Below, piece by piece: positions 1-14,928 of a stretch of DNA of 64,000 nt (position 1 is its first letter; every line of letters begins with the position of its first letter). Made by a program: the position numbers and the translations under genes. This DNA is from the human T2T-CHM13v2.0 reference genome, Homo sapiens: assembly GCF_009914755.1 (NCBI RefSeq), contig NC_060926.1, one strand, 5' to 3'. The notes below the pieces were generated by a model. The model had not been told where the DNA came from. It saw nothing but the letters and a program-made list of their open reading frames with translations, and searched no databases.

Positions 1-292
1 AGGGCCAAGCCGGATATAAGTCACTTTCTCACAATTTTCCCACCCACCGGATCTCCAAGGAACCAAGGCTTCAAAAACAACAGTTCAAAAGGCACAAAAA
101 TTGTCAAGCTAAAGGCCAACTGAATGCAATAGAAATTGCTATGAGGCAAAAAGAGTTTTCCCAGACAAGGCTTTATTGGAGCTTATGCCCTGGCATAACG
201 AAGGCAGCACAAGAGGAGAATTCTCTGGCTGACTCCCCAAAAAGAGCCAGTAGGGATTTTTTTTTAATTAGGCAAAGTGTGGGAATTGATAT

Positions 293-886
293 TGTAAACC
301 GAAAATGAAACTCTAAGGTCCCCAAACCATCTGAATGGGTCCCTCCACTTGCCAAGGGCATTCCAAAGTTAATCTGAAAAATTAGTTGCAGGCTGTGATG
401 GGAAGGGGGAGCCAGGCATGCCTCATTATGCTCTCCTCCCTTTTGGAATTACTAATAGAACAGACTCTTTCAATATGATAAGAAGCATTTACAATCTATT
501 CTCTCTGAAGCCTGCTATCTGGAGGCTCATTCTGCATAATAAAATCTTGGTCTCCCCAACCTCTTATTGTGACTCAGATATTCCTTTCCATTGATAATAA
601 TTTTTCAACCAATTGCCAATCAGAGAATCTTTGAATCTGCCTATGACTTTAAAGTCCTCTCTTCCAGTTGTCTTGTCTTTCAGGACCAAACCAATGTACA
701 TCTTACATGTATCAATGAATGTCTCATGTCTCCCCAAAATGTATAAAACCAAGCTATACTCCAACCACCTTAGACACATGTTCTCAGGATCTCCTAAAAG
801 CTATGTCATGAGCCATTGGTCAGTCATATTTGGCTCAGAATAAATCTCTTCCAATATTTTACAGAGTTTGACTCTTTTTGTCAACA
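293..886 (+). mobile_element. MER4-family (MER4B/D-like) ERV1 solo LTR
   Basis: Runs TGTAAACC...TTTGGCTCAGAATAAATCTCTT...TCAACA with TG/CA termini and a perfect 4-bp TSD ATAT (289-292, 887-890). Confidence 0.85.
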
Positions 887-1206
887 ATATCAGGGCTAGG
901 GTATGCAGGGTGGGGTGGGCAAAGCACCTGAGTGGTAAGGTATGAAGGTCAGCATATCTGGTTGCCATGGATATCTTGAATAATGGGCCCTCTGGTGGTA
1001 CGGCCGGCAGTAAGACTGTAAATCAATTGTGCAGCATTCCTGCCCAAGGTGGGACACTCTACAAACTTGGTTCACAACTACGGTTACATCTTGGATCTCC
1101 TAAGGCCAGTTTCTGAAATTCTTTAAGTAACAAGTATGGTCAAACATTATGAGAGCACAGAAGAACAACATAGACTGGCTATTTTCTTTTCATGACTATT
1201 GATTTG

Positions 1207-1884
<678 letters not shown>

Positions 1885-2272
1885 ATGGGTGTGGCATCAG
1901 TGAGGTAGTGGTGTGGGTTTGTGATCAGTGGGAAAGCATGAAAGAATGCTCAAATGTGGGTGAGCTGAAGTCAAGCCCTACCTCTACTCAGTCTCATTAC
2001 CAGCCTTAGGATTTGAACTCAGGTCTTCTTATTTCCATTGTTTTCCCTTGAAAAATTCCTTGGACAAAGTTCTTGTTGGTGACTTCTGCAGCTCTCTCTT
2101 TGCCTCATCCCAAGGACTCACACTTGCTTCTCACAGCAACTTAAGGGTCAGCTGGGATGATTCTATTCATGTGGGTCTTGCCTCCAGGCTTGATAGGCAC
2201 TAGGGATGAACTGAAGACACTACATTATCTTTGATCTTAAGGGGAAACAGTGTAGGTGAGTTGTTAAATGGG

Positions 2273-2669
2273 TGTTAAATCAAGTTTAGCCTAAAGCTGC
2301 CTCCTTACATGTTTTAAGTTTGGCCTGAAAATTTCTCTGTACATAGTGAACTATAACCTAAATGAAATTGTATACAGACTATAGCCTACTCTTGTGCCAA
2401 TCACTGAGTTTTGGCCAATCAAAGGTGGCCAACTGTTCAAACCGTGTTCAAAAAAAGGCAAATGCCAAGCTGCAACCAGTCTGGCTGTTTCTGTACCTCA
2501 CTTCCCTTTTCTGTATGCTACTTTCCTTTTTCTGTCCATAAATCTTCCACCACGACTGCACTGGAGTCTCTGAGCCTACTCTGGCTCAGGAGGCTGCCGG
2601 ATTTGGAAATTATTCTTTGCTCAATTGAACTCTGTTATACTTAATTCAGCAAAAGTTTTTCTTTTAACA
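2273..2669 (+). mobile_element. MER57-family ERV1 solo LTR
   Basis: TGTTAAATCAAGTTTAGCCTAAAGCTGCCTCC...CTTTTAACA; near-TSD TGGG/GGGG. Confidence 0.85.
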
Positions 2670-3514
2670 GGGGAAGGCCACAGATAGCCAGGGAAATGAA
2701 AAAATAAAGACATGGATTTTACAGAAAATTCTTATTTATCTGGTACACTGCCTGGGTCATGACTTTTGTGCCTTACTTCCAGGGCCTGGATATTTAGAGG
2801 GACAGAGCCAGGGCAAGCTATCCTTTTTCTATTCTGCCTCTCTCTGTTTTCATCAACAACAGCTCTGAATCTCTTAAGACAGTGGCTCTCAAACTAGTTC
2901 CAAGGTTAAATTCTAACAGTGGCATGCATTTACATAAAAATTAAGTTAATTTATAGAATTTTCAGAAACTAAAGTTTACCTCCCAAAGTGCTTTTTAAAC
3001 TTTGATGTCTACCATTGCTTGCCTGTCACTGAGAGCTAACAGATGTCAAACCTAATGAATATATAGCAAAGGAATATTTATGCAAAACTTAGAAGCAACT
3101 GATCCTGCTCAGGTTTGCAGCTTGTTTTTTTGTGGACCCTTGGATTCACAGGTTTATGCTGTATCCTTACAGTGCAGGCTGTCATAATTCACATAATAAT
3201 AAAAAGAATAGCAATCTTTATGCTTATATATACTTAGAATATCTCTGCATTATTGCTAAGAAGCTTATAATAGCGGTAGTGTCTGGGAAAGATAAAATGT
3301 CTTGGAGTAAGAGGTGGGAGAGAAACTGACTTTTTATTGTATATCTGTTTATGTGTTGTCATTTTTATCATGTGAATCTCTTCAGTTTTCAAAGAAATTA
3401 AAATTGAAATACATGTGCTTTAAATATCTCGGTGCTGGTATATCACTCCACAGATTCTGATTTAATTGGTCTGGGCTGTGACCTAGGCATTGGGGTTTTA
3501 AAAAACTCTTTACT

Positions 3515-3811
<297 letters not shown>

Positions 3812-6158
3812 CTAAGAATCATTGCTCCAAGTTATTATCAGAACTTTTCCACTATTATATATTGATAATTGTAAATTGTGTATGGCAGGCATTCCTAGCT
3901 TTTTTGAGAAGGGCCTCTTGAATGTCAAAAACATTCACAGTACCTTACACCAAAGCTGACACATATTTAGTGTGTGTTGATTGAGAAAATATCAAATGTC
4001 AGAAAGTTACTATGAATTAATCTCAACAAAATTGATGTGCATTTGGAAAATCACAGTATGTATATGCATATAGGTGGGAATCAATACCAATGCTCTCTAC
4101 AGGTAATTCTTATACTTCTTATATAAGATTTGTACAAGGGTTTCTTGTAAAATCCTTGGTTTCCTAGAAGTTCACAGCCCACAAGGTAGAAACCACTGAA
4201 TTTAGGAATTGCTTTTCCTGGACAAGACTGTAGAGAGACATTTTGACCTCCTGGGCAGTAGACAGCAAACAGTAAGCATTTTCCTAGTGTTGACCTAAAT
4301 TCTGCTTGTTTCTTTGTTATTGTTTTATTTCAATTTCTACTCATGTACCAATATTCCCCAGAACATAAACCCTACCTCTTCCCAATCTTATTATAAGACA
4401 TGTTTAAATATGCAGCAGGCTTTTCTCTCTTGGTGACTTTGCTGGGGCTATTGGCTTTGTTTAGAATGATAGCAGAGAATAAACCCTGCTTCTTTCTGAC
4501 CTAAGCCTCCCACATCATGACGACACCCTGCTCAACCTAGCTTTAGTGGAAATCATCTCTGCATCCTTTGTTCACATAGAGAGGTAACTAGCCCCTTAAA
4601 TATTAGAAGCCAGCCTGACTTTTCTCTTTGAAGGTAAATATTAGGAAATCTCTTTGTTCCCTGGTGTTAGAGGTCAGTGGGGAAGGACTTAGTGGAGAGG
4701 CACTATGGGGAGCTTCTGAACTTCTTTTTGTAAAATAGCAGTATGAATATCAGACTCTTATCAAAGCTCATTAAAGACAGGAAAATTGCCAATCTTGAAT
4801 GCTCCGAGCTTTGCCATCCCCAATTTTTTGTAGTCATGAATTACATTTACTCTTTTTCTTTTCTTTTTAACCTCCAACCAATGATCAAGTTCCACTCAAC
4901 CAAAGTCTAAAGAGAACTATTAAGTATACTGTATTTGGCTTAGATACATCACCATGCCATAGTATGGTTTTTACTAAGCTGGCATGTTTTGCACGGTTGG
5001 CATGGTTTTTACTAAGCTATACACATTTTTCTGTCAGTTCTGAATACTATGGATTTTTGTCCTCCCTTGTGAATACCTGACTCTACCTTAAAGTGAAAAA
5101 CAACTAAAAGAAACAGAAAAGCACTTCACTCTTTGAATATGTAATAAAATATAGGGTTCAAGTTCTACCCATTTTATAAGCAAGTAAGATTCCAGCCATC
5201 AATCAACCTGTAGTAACTTTTACTTAACTGTATTTCAAAGGCATATAAGGTGAGAGTAGTAGCAGAAAAAAAGTTGGTCTCACCTAAATAGCCACATCAT
5301 AGCTAACAAATAATGCCAAAAGATTCACCAGAATTTGCTTCCAAGTCCACAAGAAAGATGGCTTGTTCTTCCATAGAGTTTCTTCTTTGGTTTTTCCTTA
5401 GCCATCCTTGTGAAATTCTGTGTCTATTTAATAAAGTTTTCTCTGCTTTATTTTTATATTCTTTTTTAAACATGATCACAAAAGTAATATATGGTTATTA
5501 TAGAGCATTTGGGAAGAAAAATATATATTAAAAATACCTTAAAATCACCTATACAATTCAGAGAAAACCATTCAACATTTGGTTGAATTTCCTTTTCCCT
5601 TTTTCTCTATGTAAAGTATGTGTGTGTTTACACAAATATATACATGAATTTATAAACAAAATAGGAATATACTGTATACATACACGTTTTTGTATTGTGC
5701 TTTTTTCTCTTAAAATCTATTATCAGCATTTGTTTCCCCATTCTACATGCCCCCTTCTCCATTCTTACATTCACTGCCCCAATTTCAGATCTCATTTCCT
5801 CTGTTCTGGCTTATTACAGCAGCCTCCCTACTGGTAGTTTTCTCAGTCCTCACTGAGAAATCCATCCTCAATGGCTACAGTCAGAAGGATGATTCTACAA
5901 CATGGCACTGATCACATCATTCTCCTATTTTAAAAGCCTTTGACATGTTGCCTCTCCCCACAAAGTAAATTCAAGTTCCCCTTTGTTTCCTCATGACCTT
6001 CCCCTGCTTACTCAGGCCTGTCAGTCACATCCAATTGTGCTCTCCCTCCATATATTTTATGCTATTGCAGCATTTCTCAAAGTGTGGCTCACACCTGCTT
6101 CAGAACCACAGGAGGACTTTGAATAATGCAGTCTTAGGTCACACACCAGGCACCCTGA

Positions 6159-6488
<330 letters not shown>

Positions 6489-7029
6489 TGACTCTATTTT
6501 TAATAAGCTCTCCAAGCACTTTTTGAAGATCCTAAAGCATGGAAACTTCTTTTCTAAGGCCACCTAAAAGAAAACACTAACATTGACTGTTTAAAGGCAT
6601 TTCCCATCAATTATATACTTCATTTGATCCTCCCTGCATTGCTCTGATTTTGGTTATATCATTATTCTACTCATTAAACAGATGAGAAAACATGCAGATG
6701 ATCAAAAGACAGTAAGAGATTTGTCCCATCCACATAACCAGTAAGGTCTGGAGATAAGATTCAAGTCTGCTCTTTTCAAATCCAGATTCCATGAGCTTTC
6801 ACTTCTACAGTAACCAGCTTCCCACTTTGCTCTGTAAAGAGGGTGCTATGTGCTCTCTGGAGACATTCGATCATTCTTAAAGGGGGACATCACAGGTGCT
6901 CTTACCATACATATTTCCCTCTACATACCTTTCCAATGCATGTGGTTGGTGAGTTTAACCTTAGATACTTAACCTAAGATTCTCTGCCTAACATCTTTCT
7001 CTTGGCCTGAGCAAGGGTAGACTAGAAGT

Positions 7030-7322
7030 GCCAAGGAGTTGGTGACTGGAGCCAATGACAGATGGGAGCTGGGGGATAAATACTCCAGCTTCCTTGCCTG
7101 GAATGGAGCGAGAGGGCTCTGAGATTTGTGTTACATTGTCTCCCTAAGTTCCCAGAAGAGTTCACCGTGATGTATTGCTTGGTAAAACTTCCATTTATCT
7201 TCTTCCTTCCTCCCTGTCTCATATTCCCACTTTCCTCCCAAACTTCCTGGGATCACCTTCCGAGGAAACCACTTGAACTTATCCTAGACTCAAGGTCAGG
7301 CTCAGGGAGCTCAGTTTAAGAC
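7030..7322 (+). mobile_element. ERVL LTR fragment (LTR16-like)
   Basis: GGATAAATACTCCAGCTTCC...CTTCCTGGGATCACCTTCC...CTCAAGGTCAGGCTC resembles the LTR16 3' part. Confidence 0.55.
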
Positions 7323-8837
7323 CAAGACCCAGCTTAAACAAGGATTTTGAATTTCAAAAGACAGAAACACAAATCACAATAACAATAACAACAACAAATA
7401 TTAGTGCTCCCAGAGGTGAGAAGCCCAGGTATAAGCTTGGTTTCTGGTAGGGCCAGCTGAGTGGATGGGAAGAATATCAGTCTCTGTCTCTCTCTCCCCC
7501 CACACACTTCCACTGAGAGGCTCTGGCTCTGTTTCCCTGCCCCTTCCCTCTCTCTCTTTTGTTTTTCTTTGTACAGATTTATGCTCAGTAATCGATATTG
7601 TGCTAAGCCATGCTGGAGCCTGAAGCAAAAACAAAAATGATTCCCCATATACCTCTTTTTATACATTTTTAACGGTTAAATTTTTTCCAGGACTAGATTT
7701 TAAAAATATTATTGATGAACTTACTTTAATTAACATCAAAGGATAATAAATTTTGTTTTCAGTATAAATAAAATATTTATACTTAAAATGGTACTACAAG
7801 TTTTACTACACCCACTTTTTAGTTTTTTAAATATTTTTACAACTACTTTAATATTCTGGAAAAATTAATCACTGAGAAATATGGAAAAACATGTGTATAG
7901 AAGGTTAATTTTTCCTTTAGCCTCAAGCTCCAGTGTAGATTAGCATGACATTGTTGTTATTTAAAATTTCAATATTTTGTTCTTTATAGATTATTTTCAT
8001 CACTTTTTATTTTTTAATGTCAATTTAAGCTATTGTCTATCTTTATTTGAGGGTTTTTATTTTTCAATTGGCAGACTCTTAAGTTTTGTGCCCAAGGCCA
8101 AGACCTCGCTTGCCTCACCTTGTTCCTAAGCTCTGTGTCAGCTTTGAACTGAGGGTGGGCCCTTCTCCAGCACTCTTTTACTATTGCTGTTGTTAAATAT
8201 CATGGAGGGACTCTGGCTCTGATTGGGTTCCATTTCTTGCCCTTCACCTAATAACTGTTGTCGAGCAGAAAAACCCCATGATTTGCTGGTACCTGATGTA
8301 GAGAAGATGCCATGATTGACAATCCCTCTGGCACCACAGGGAATAAGGTTGTAGCAGTTTTGTAAAGAACTGGAAAAATCATATGTTCACCACATGAAAC
8401 CTTTCCAAATGACCCTTCTCATTTGTCTTCCCAAAAAATTTTATACATTCTTAATTACTATTAACATCACATTGTATTATATTTAGTTGTTTATTTATCT
8501 CGCTGCATTGATAGGCTGTGAACTCCTCAAGGGTAAGATGTGAGGGGATGTGTTCAGAGGACTAAATGGGATAAGGTGGGTAGAGTGCTTAGCAGAGTAC
8601 CTGACGTAGAATGTATGCTTGATAAATATGAGCATTGTTATTACTCTTTTCTTCTTTAATTTTTGGCCCTTTGGCATTATTTGTTGAATACACAAATTGT
8701 TTTCATACAATATGTTTTTGTCTGTGCAAGCTACAAGTCCCAGGCCTGGAGGTACATTTTAAAAAAATAAGTAAGTACTCTTTGCTCATTACTGGATCAA
8801 CAGAACCACCCACATCCCTCTAATGGCAAAATCTCTC

Positions 8838-9204
8838 CTAATTAGCCCATTCTCACACTGCTATAGAGAACTGCCTGAGACTTGGTAATTCATAAAGAAA
8901 AAAGGTTTAATTGACTCACAGTTTTGCATAGCTGGAGAGGCCTCACAAAATTTACTATCACGGCGGAAGGGGAAGCAGGCGCGTCTTACATGGCAGCAGG
9001 CGAGATTGTGTTTGAAGGAGAAACTGTCAAACACTTATAAAACCATCAGATCTTGTGAAAACTCACTATCACAAGAACAGCATGGGAGAAACTGCCCCCA
9101 TGATATAATCACCTCCCACTAGATCCCTCCCTCTACAAGTGGGGATTATGGGGATTGCAATTTGAGATGAGATTTGGGTGGAGACATAGAGCCAAACCAT
9201 ATCA
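8838..9204. mobile_element. MaLR LTR (THE1D/MSTA-like)
   Basis: ATTAGCCCATTCTCACACTGCTATA...GCCAAACCATATCA; 5-bp TSD CTCTC (8833-8837, 9205-9209). Confidence 0.88.
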
Positions 9205-9470
9205 CTCTCCAGTGGTTGGGTTCTACTGCTAGCTTGGCCACTGTCTGTCTATCATTAGTTAGCAGCTTAGTCCTCTGCTGATGAGGCTATTGTAACCTCC
9301 CCGTAAGACTGTTGCTCTCAAATTCTCCTTCATGATATCTGGACACTCACAACTTAATTGGCATTAGGTAACCAAGGAGCTGAGATCTCTCCCTATAAAA
9401 TGATGTTTGAATCCTTTTGCATAGAGCTGGTTATTCCAATACAAATATTTTATCCCAGGACTCACTCCTC

Positions 9471-9771
9471 TTTTTTTTTTTTTTTTTGGTAGGGTCTTAT
9501 TCTGTCACCCAGGCTGGAGTGCAATGGTGCAATCTCTGCTCACATGCAAACTCTGCCTCCCAAGTTCAAATGATGCTGCTGCCTCAGCCTCCCAAGTAGC
9601 TGGGACTACAGGTATGTGCCACCATGGCTGGCTAATTTTTGTATTTTTTTTAATAGAGATAGGGTTTTGGTATGTTGCCCAGGCTGGTCTCAAACTCCTG
9701 GACTCAAGTCATCCACCCACCTCGGCCAACCAAAGTGCTAGGATTACAGATGTGAGCCACTGCCCCTGGCT
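9471..9771 (-). mobile_element. AluJ
   Basis: Reverse Alu dimer; TSD GGACTCACTCCT (9458-9469, 9772-9783). Confidence 0.92.
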
Positions 9772-11138
9772 GGACTCACTCCTTTTGAGGTGCAGACTTT
9801 TCTACATGGGGACCAGAATTATTTAAATGGTCATGTCCGCTCATGACCTAAGTGTCCATTTATTCCCTTCCTTTTGAACTCTGTATTTAGCCCAACAGTC
9901 CTCAGAATACTCAGCAGTGGATCCATTAACAGAGGTAATGACTAGCACATGGCACTAAGCCAATTTTCCCAGTGGAATTAGGCATGCTTTATTCATGGGA
10001 TTACTCCCTACACATCCAGGACCACCAGGCAATCCAGTGCCTGAGGCTACTCTCCTGGGGCCTAAGTGAGATGAAGACAGTCTGAGTTTGCCTTTGAGAA
10101 AGGCAGGCTGCATGCCGTGACAAGTCCTCCTAACCATCTTCCCTCTCAAAGGCAGCTGTACTTTCTAGAATTTGCCATCTCTGGGGAACTTCCTTTAGTT
10201 TTCTTAGATGTATGATAAGTGAGGATATTTTAAAAATCAATTCTACTTCCACATGCTAAAAGCGAACAATTAAAACTTGAATTTAAAATATAATACCACT
10301 TAACGTATAATAAAAATGGGAAAATACAAAATCCTTAGGGATAACTCAGATCAAAGGTGGATGATAACAATATATTGAAAATTAAACATTGCTAAGGAAA
10401 CATGAAGAAGACCTAAATACATGGAGATGTGTGCTGTATTTATGGTACAGAAGAGTCATTATTGTTGAGAAGTCAGTTCTCACCAAATTGATTTATAAAT
10501 TCAACACAATATCTTTCAAAATTCCAGCAAGCTTGTGTGTAGACCTTTAAAAGCTGATTCTAAAGTTCACATTGAAAGGCAACAGATCTAGAATGGCTGA
10601 AAGAATTTTGAGTTCTCAAACCCTGCAACTACAAAAGTTATTATAAAGCTATAGTAGTTGAGACAGTGTGTAGTATTGGCACTATGATAGACAAATTAAT
10701 CAATGGAAGAAAATAGAGGGTAAAAGAATAGATCTACACACATATGGTCGACTGAACTTCAATAAATGTCAAAGACAATTAAGTGAGAAAAGATACTCTA
10801 TTCAACAAAGGGTGTTGAAATAATAAGATATCATATGCAAAAAGAAAAACCCATGCATATCTCATACTATATATAAAAATTAACTTACAATGGATTAAAG
10901 ACCAAAATACAGAACCTACAACTATAATATATCCAGAAGAAGATGCAGGTGATAATCTTTGTGAACTTGAATTGGAAAAGATTTTTAGATATACCAATAA
11001 AAGAATGATCCATAAAGAGAAAATAATAAGTTGAACTTCATCAAAATAAAAAATTTTAATCTTTGGAAGACACCATTAAGAGAACAAAAAGCTAAATCAC
11101 AGACTGAAAGAAAATACTTGTATCTGAAAAACATATCT

Positions 11139-11474
<336 letters not shown>

Positions 11475-11479
11475 CTATA

Positions 11480-12129
11480 CAGCTGATTCTCATTATTCAA
11501 GGTAGTTATGTTCTATAAAGTCACCCCAAACAATGAATTATTGAATAATTTCTGCTAGGGGAAATACATGATTAGGTTCCTGTGAGCCTCTGGTCACAAT
11601 TTTCATCACTGAATCAAAACATAACTTTGTTTTATATGTGATTTTGTTTAAACAAATTTTCTATTTAATACATACTGCTGATTCATTAACACTGAACTCA
11701 CTGCTAACATCACTGTAACTCATGCCTGAATGAAGCTTATGGAAAATATGTATTTTATCCATAAGGCACATGATAGGCTTCTTGTGCTTAGGAACACTAG
11801 AGAGGACTTCAACACTAGAGTTAGAGTCCATTTAAAACAGTGACAACACTAACAGAAACCACAAAAATGCAAAAGACATGATGCAAGATAGTCTGTGAAA
11901 AGGACACTTGCTTAGAGAGTACACGAGCTTAAACTAGAAGGCAGAGCACTGCTTTGTTCAACCTCGGCTGGGAGAGAATATGTACCCAAGCCACACAAAT
12001 TTTTTACCAGCCTATGCATGTCCATGAATGACTATGAATGTGCTGTAAGTACTGATTTTGAATTTACAAATACATTTAAGCAAGTAGGAACATTTGCAAA
12101 TACAGAATCCACACATAATTAGAAACATG
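11480..12129 (+). mobile_element. MER82 (TcMar-Tigger MITE) within L1
   Basis: CAGCTGATTCTCATTATTC..GTAGTTATGTTCTATAAAGTC...GCAAATACAGAATCC; TA flanks. Confidence 0.8.
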
Positions 12130-12329
12130 TATTTACATTTAATAATAAGAAAACAACCAAGTTTAAAGAAAGTTGGCAAAATGTTTGAACAGACACTTCA
12201 TTAAAGAAGACATATGGATGGCAAATAAGCACATGGTTATTTAACATTAGTCATTAGAAAAATGTAAATTGAAGCCAAAAATTTATACCATTACATGTGT
12301 ATTAGAAGAGTTAAAATTAAAAGGACTAA

Positions 12330-13250
12330 TGAACTCATCAAGAAAGTGAAAAGACAACCTACAGAATAGGAGAAAAATTCACAAATCATATGTCTGAGAG
12401 AGTCCAGCACCTAGAATATATAAAAATGATTACAGCTAAACCACAGAAAGATTTTAAAAACCAAACTAAAAATGAGTCAATGACTTGAATAGACATTTCT
12501 TCAGAGAAGATACACAAATGGTTAACAAGCACATGAGAAGATGTTCAACATCATTATCCATTAGAGAAATACAAATCAAAATCACAATGAGATATGACTT
12601 CACATCCATGGAATGGCTATAGTTTTTAATGAAAAATAAGTGTTGGCAAGAATGATGAGAAGTTGGAATCCTTGTGCAATGCTGGTGGGAATGGAAAATG
12701 GTTCAACCACTGTGGAAAACAATTTGACAGCTCCTGAAAAAGTCAAACAGAATTACCACATGATCCAGTAATTCTACTCACCAAAAAATATACCAGAAAA
12801 GATTGAAAACAACCATTTAAACAAATACTTATACATGAATGATTTATAGTAGCACTATTCACAATAGCCAAATATCCACTAATGGATGAATGGATAAACA
12901 AAATGTGGTATATCCATATAACGGAATATTACTAAGCTGTAAAAAGGAAAGAAGGACTAATCCATGCTACAACTTAAAAACATTATGCTAAGTGATAGAA
13001 ACCAGACACAAAAAGTCACATATTATATGATTATATTTCTATCAAACAATTAAAACAGGTAAATCCCTAGAGTGACTTCCCCATGGGCACTGTGTTTCCT
13101 TTGAAGGTGATAAAAATACTTTGGAACCTAATAGAGTTGGTAGTTGTGAATGTACTGATTCAACATTGTGAATGTACTGAATGGTACTGAGCTGTACACT
13201 TCAAAATAGTTATGTTATTTTATGGCAATTTAATTTAAAGTAGAAAAGAA
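12330..13250 (+). mobile_element. Second L1 (L1MB-like 3' end) nested in the older L1
   Basis: Repeats L1 ORF2-end motifs already passed upstream (AAGAAAGTGAAAAGACAACCTACAGAATAGGAGAAAA) and has its own 3'UTR; the host L1 resumes at about 13250. Confidence 0.65.
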
Positions 13251-14632
13251 GAGATTGACCACACCAAGTGTTGGCAAGAACGTGGAAAAAGTGGAACTCT
13301 ACAAAGTTAGTAGAAATGTAAAATGGTTCAACCACTTTGGAAAATTTGGCACTTTCTGAAAAAGTTAGATATTCATCTACTATATGATCCACTGGTTTCA
13401 CTCCCAGATTTTTATTCAAGAGAAAATAAAATTTACTAAAGAGAAAATTTAAGTCCATACAAAGGCTTATACCTAAATGTTCATGATGGGTTTACTTGAA
13501 ATAGCCCCAAGCTGGAAGCAATCTAAATATTCATCAAGTGAATGGATAAACAAATTGTCTTATATCCATACAATGGAATATTACTTAGTATTCAAAAGGA
13601 ATAAACTGTCAAAATATGCAATAACATGGATAAATCTCAAAATAATTATGCTGAATGAAAGAAGCTAGATAAAAGAGAACATATTTTTTATTCTAATTAC
13701 ATAAGTTTCTAGAAAATGCATATAAATCTATAGTATTGAAAACAGAAACCATGTTTATGGGTTGGGGGATGGGGATGGAAGATAGGAAATAGAGGGAAGA
13801 AAGATTAAAGGAGGAATAAGGAAAATTTGGGGGATGATGAGTGTGTTCATTTCCCCTCCCTACCCCCACCCCCATTCATTTAGCAACATTTGCTGCGTGC
13901 ATATACGTACAATGTGGCATAAACTGTATTAGGCACAAGAAATACAATATTAAGTGTACACAATATCATTAAAATGAACTTAATGATTTAGAATTTCCCT
14001 TATGTCAAGCATTGTTATTGGCACTTTATATGCCTTATGCCATATAATTCTCACAATAACCTTATGAGGGAAGTACAATTATTCTACCCATCTTACAGAT
14101 GTAAAAAGTGAGGATAGGAGAAATTAAGTATTTTGCCTCTAAATTTACACTCTCAAAAGTGGTAAGGCAGGAATATGGACCTATATGTCCTGGAGCCTAC
14201 AGTCTGTGCTTTTGGTATGGTCATTATCTTGATTGTGGAGATGGTTTCGCCATTGTATACATATGTTAAAAGTCATATTGTGCGCTTTAAACATACGCAG
14301 TTTATTTTATGCCAAGTTAACCTCAACAAGACTTTTTAAACGAACAAACAAAAAGACACACAGCATCTATCTCGGGGTATTTTAAACCAGACTTCTCTCT
14401 GCTTTTTAAAGGTTTTGATATTTCATATATACTATTGGCATACTAACTAATTCACTCAGTTCATTCCCCTTCCATTTATAGCAGGGCTCAACACAAACTA
14501 TGTTATTCCTGAATATGTGTCTCAGGAGATCTGAGAGAGGAAACTCTCAAAATTGGGGATCACTGTCATTCTTCCTTGAATCATAAGAAAAGCCAAGTGC
14601 CACTGCTGCCTCCTTCTCTAAGAAGTAGTATT

Positions 14633-14928
14633 AGCCAGGCACTGTGGCTCACGCCTGTAATCCCAGCACTTTGGGAGGCCGAGGAGGGCGGATCACAAGG
14701 TCAGAAGTTCGAGACCAGCCTGGCCAACGTGGTGAAACCCCCGTCTCTACCAAAAATACAAAAGTTAGCCGGGTATGGTGGCATGCGCCTGTAATCCCAG
14801 CTACTCGGGAGGCTTAGGTAGGAAAATCACTTGAAACTGAAAGGCAGATGTTGCAGTGAGTTGAGATCACGCCACTGCACTCCAGCCTGGGTGAAAGAGC
14901 GAAACTCTGTCTAAAAAAAAAAAAAAAA
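14633..14928 (+). mobile_element. AluS (Sg-like)
   Basis: Full dimer containing GGATCACAAGGTCAG, with poly-A tail. Confidence 0.93.

Noticed and set aside
4964-5018. 17-bp direct repeat ATGGTTTTTACTAAGCT separated by 21 bp (CRISPR-like appearance)
   Set aside because: Only two copies, no cas genes, and a primate genomic context; a simple local duplication.
13210-13668. ORFs resembling the L1 ORF2 C-terminus (also 18262-18519)
   Set aside because: Short frames in heavily decayed L1 copies; no intact RT or endonuclease.
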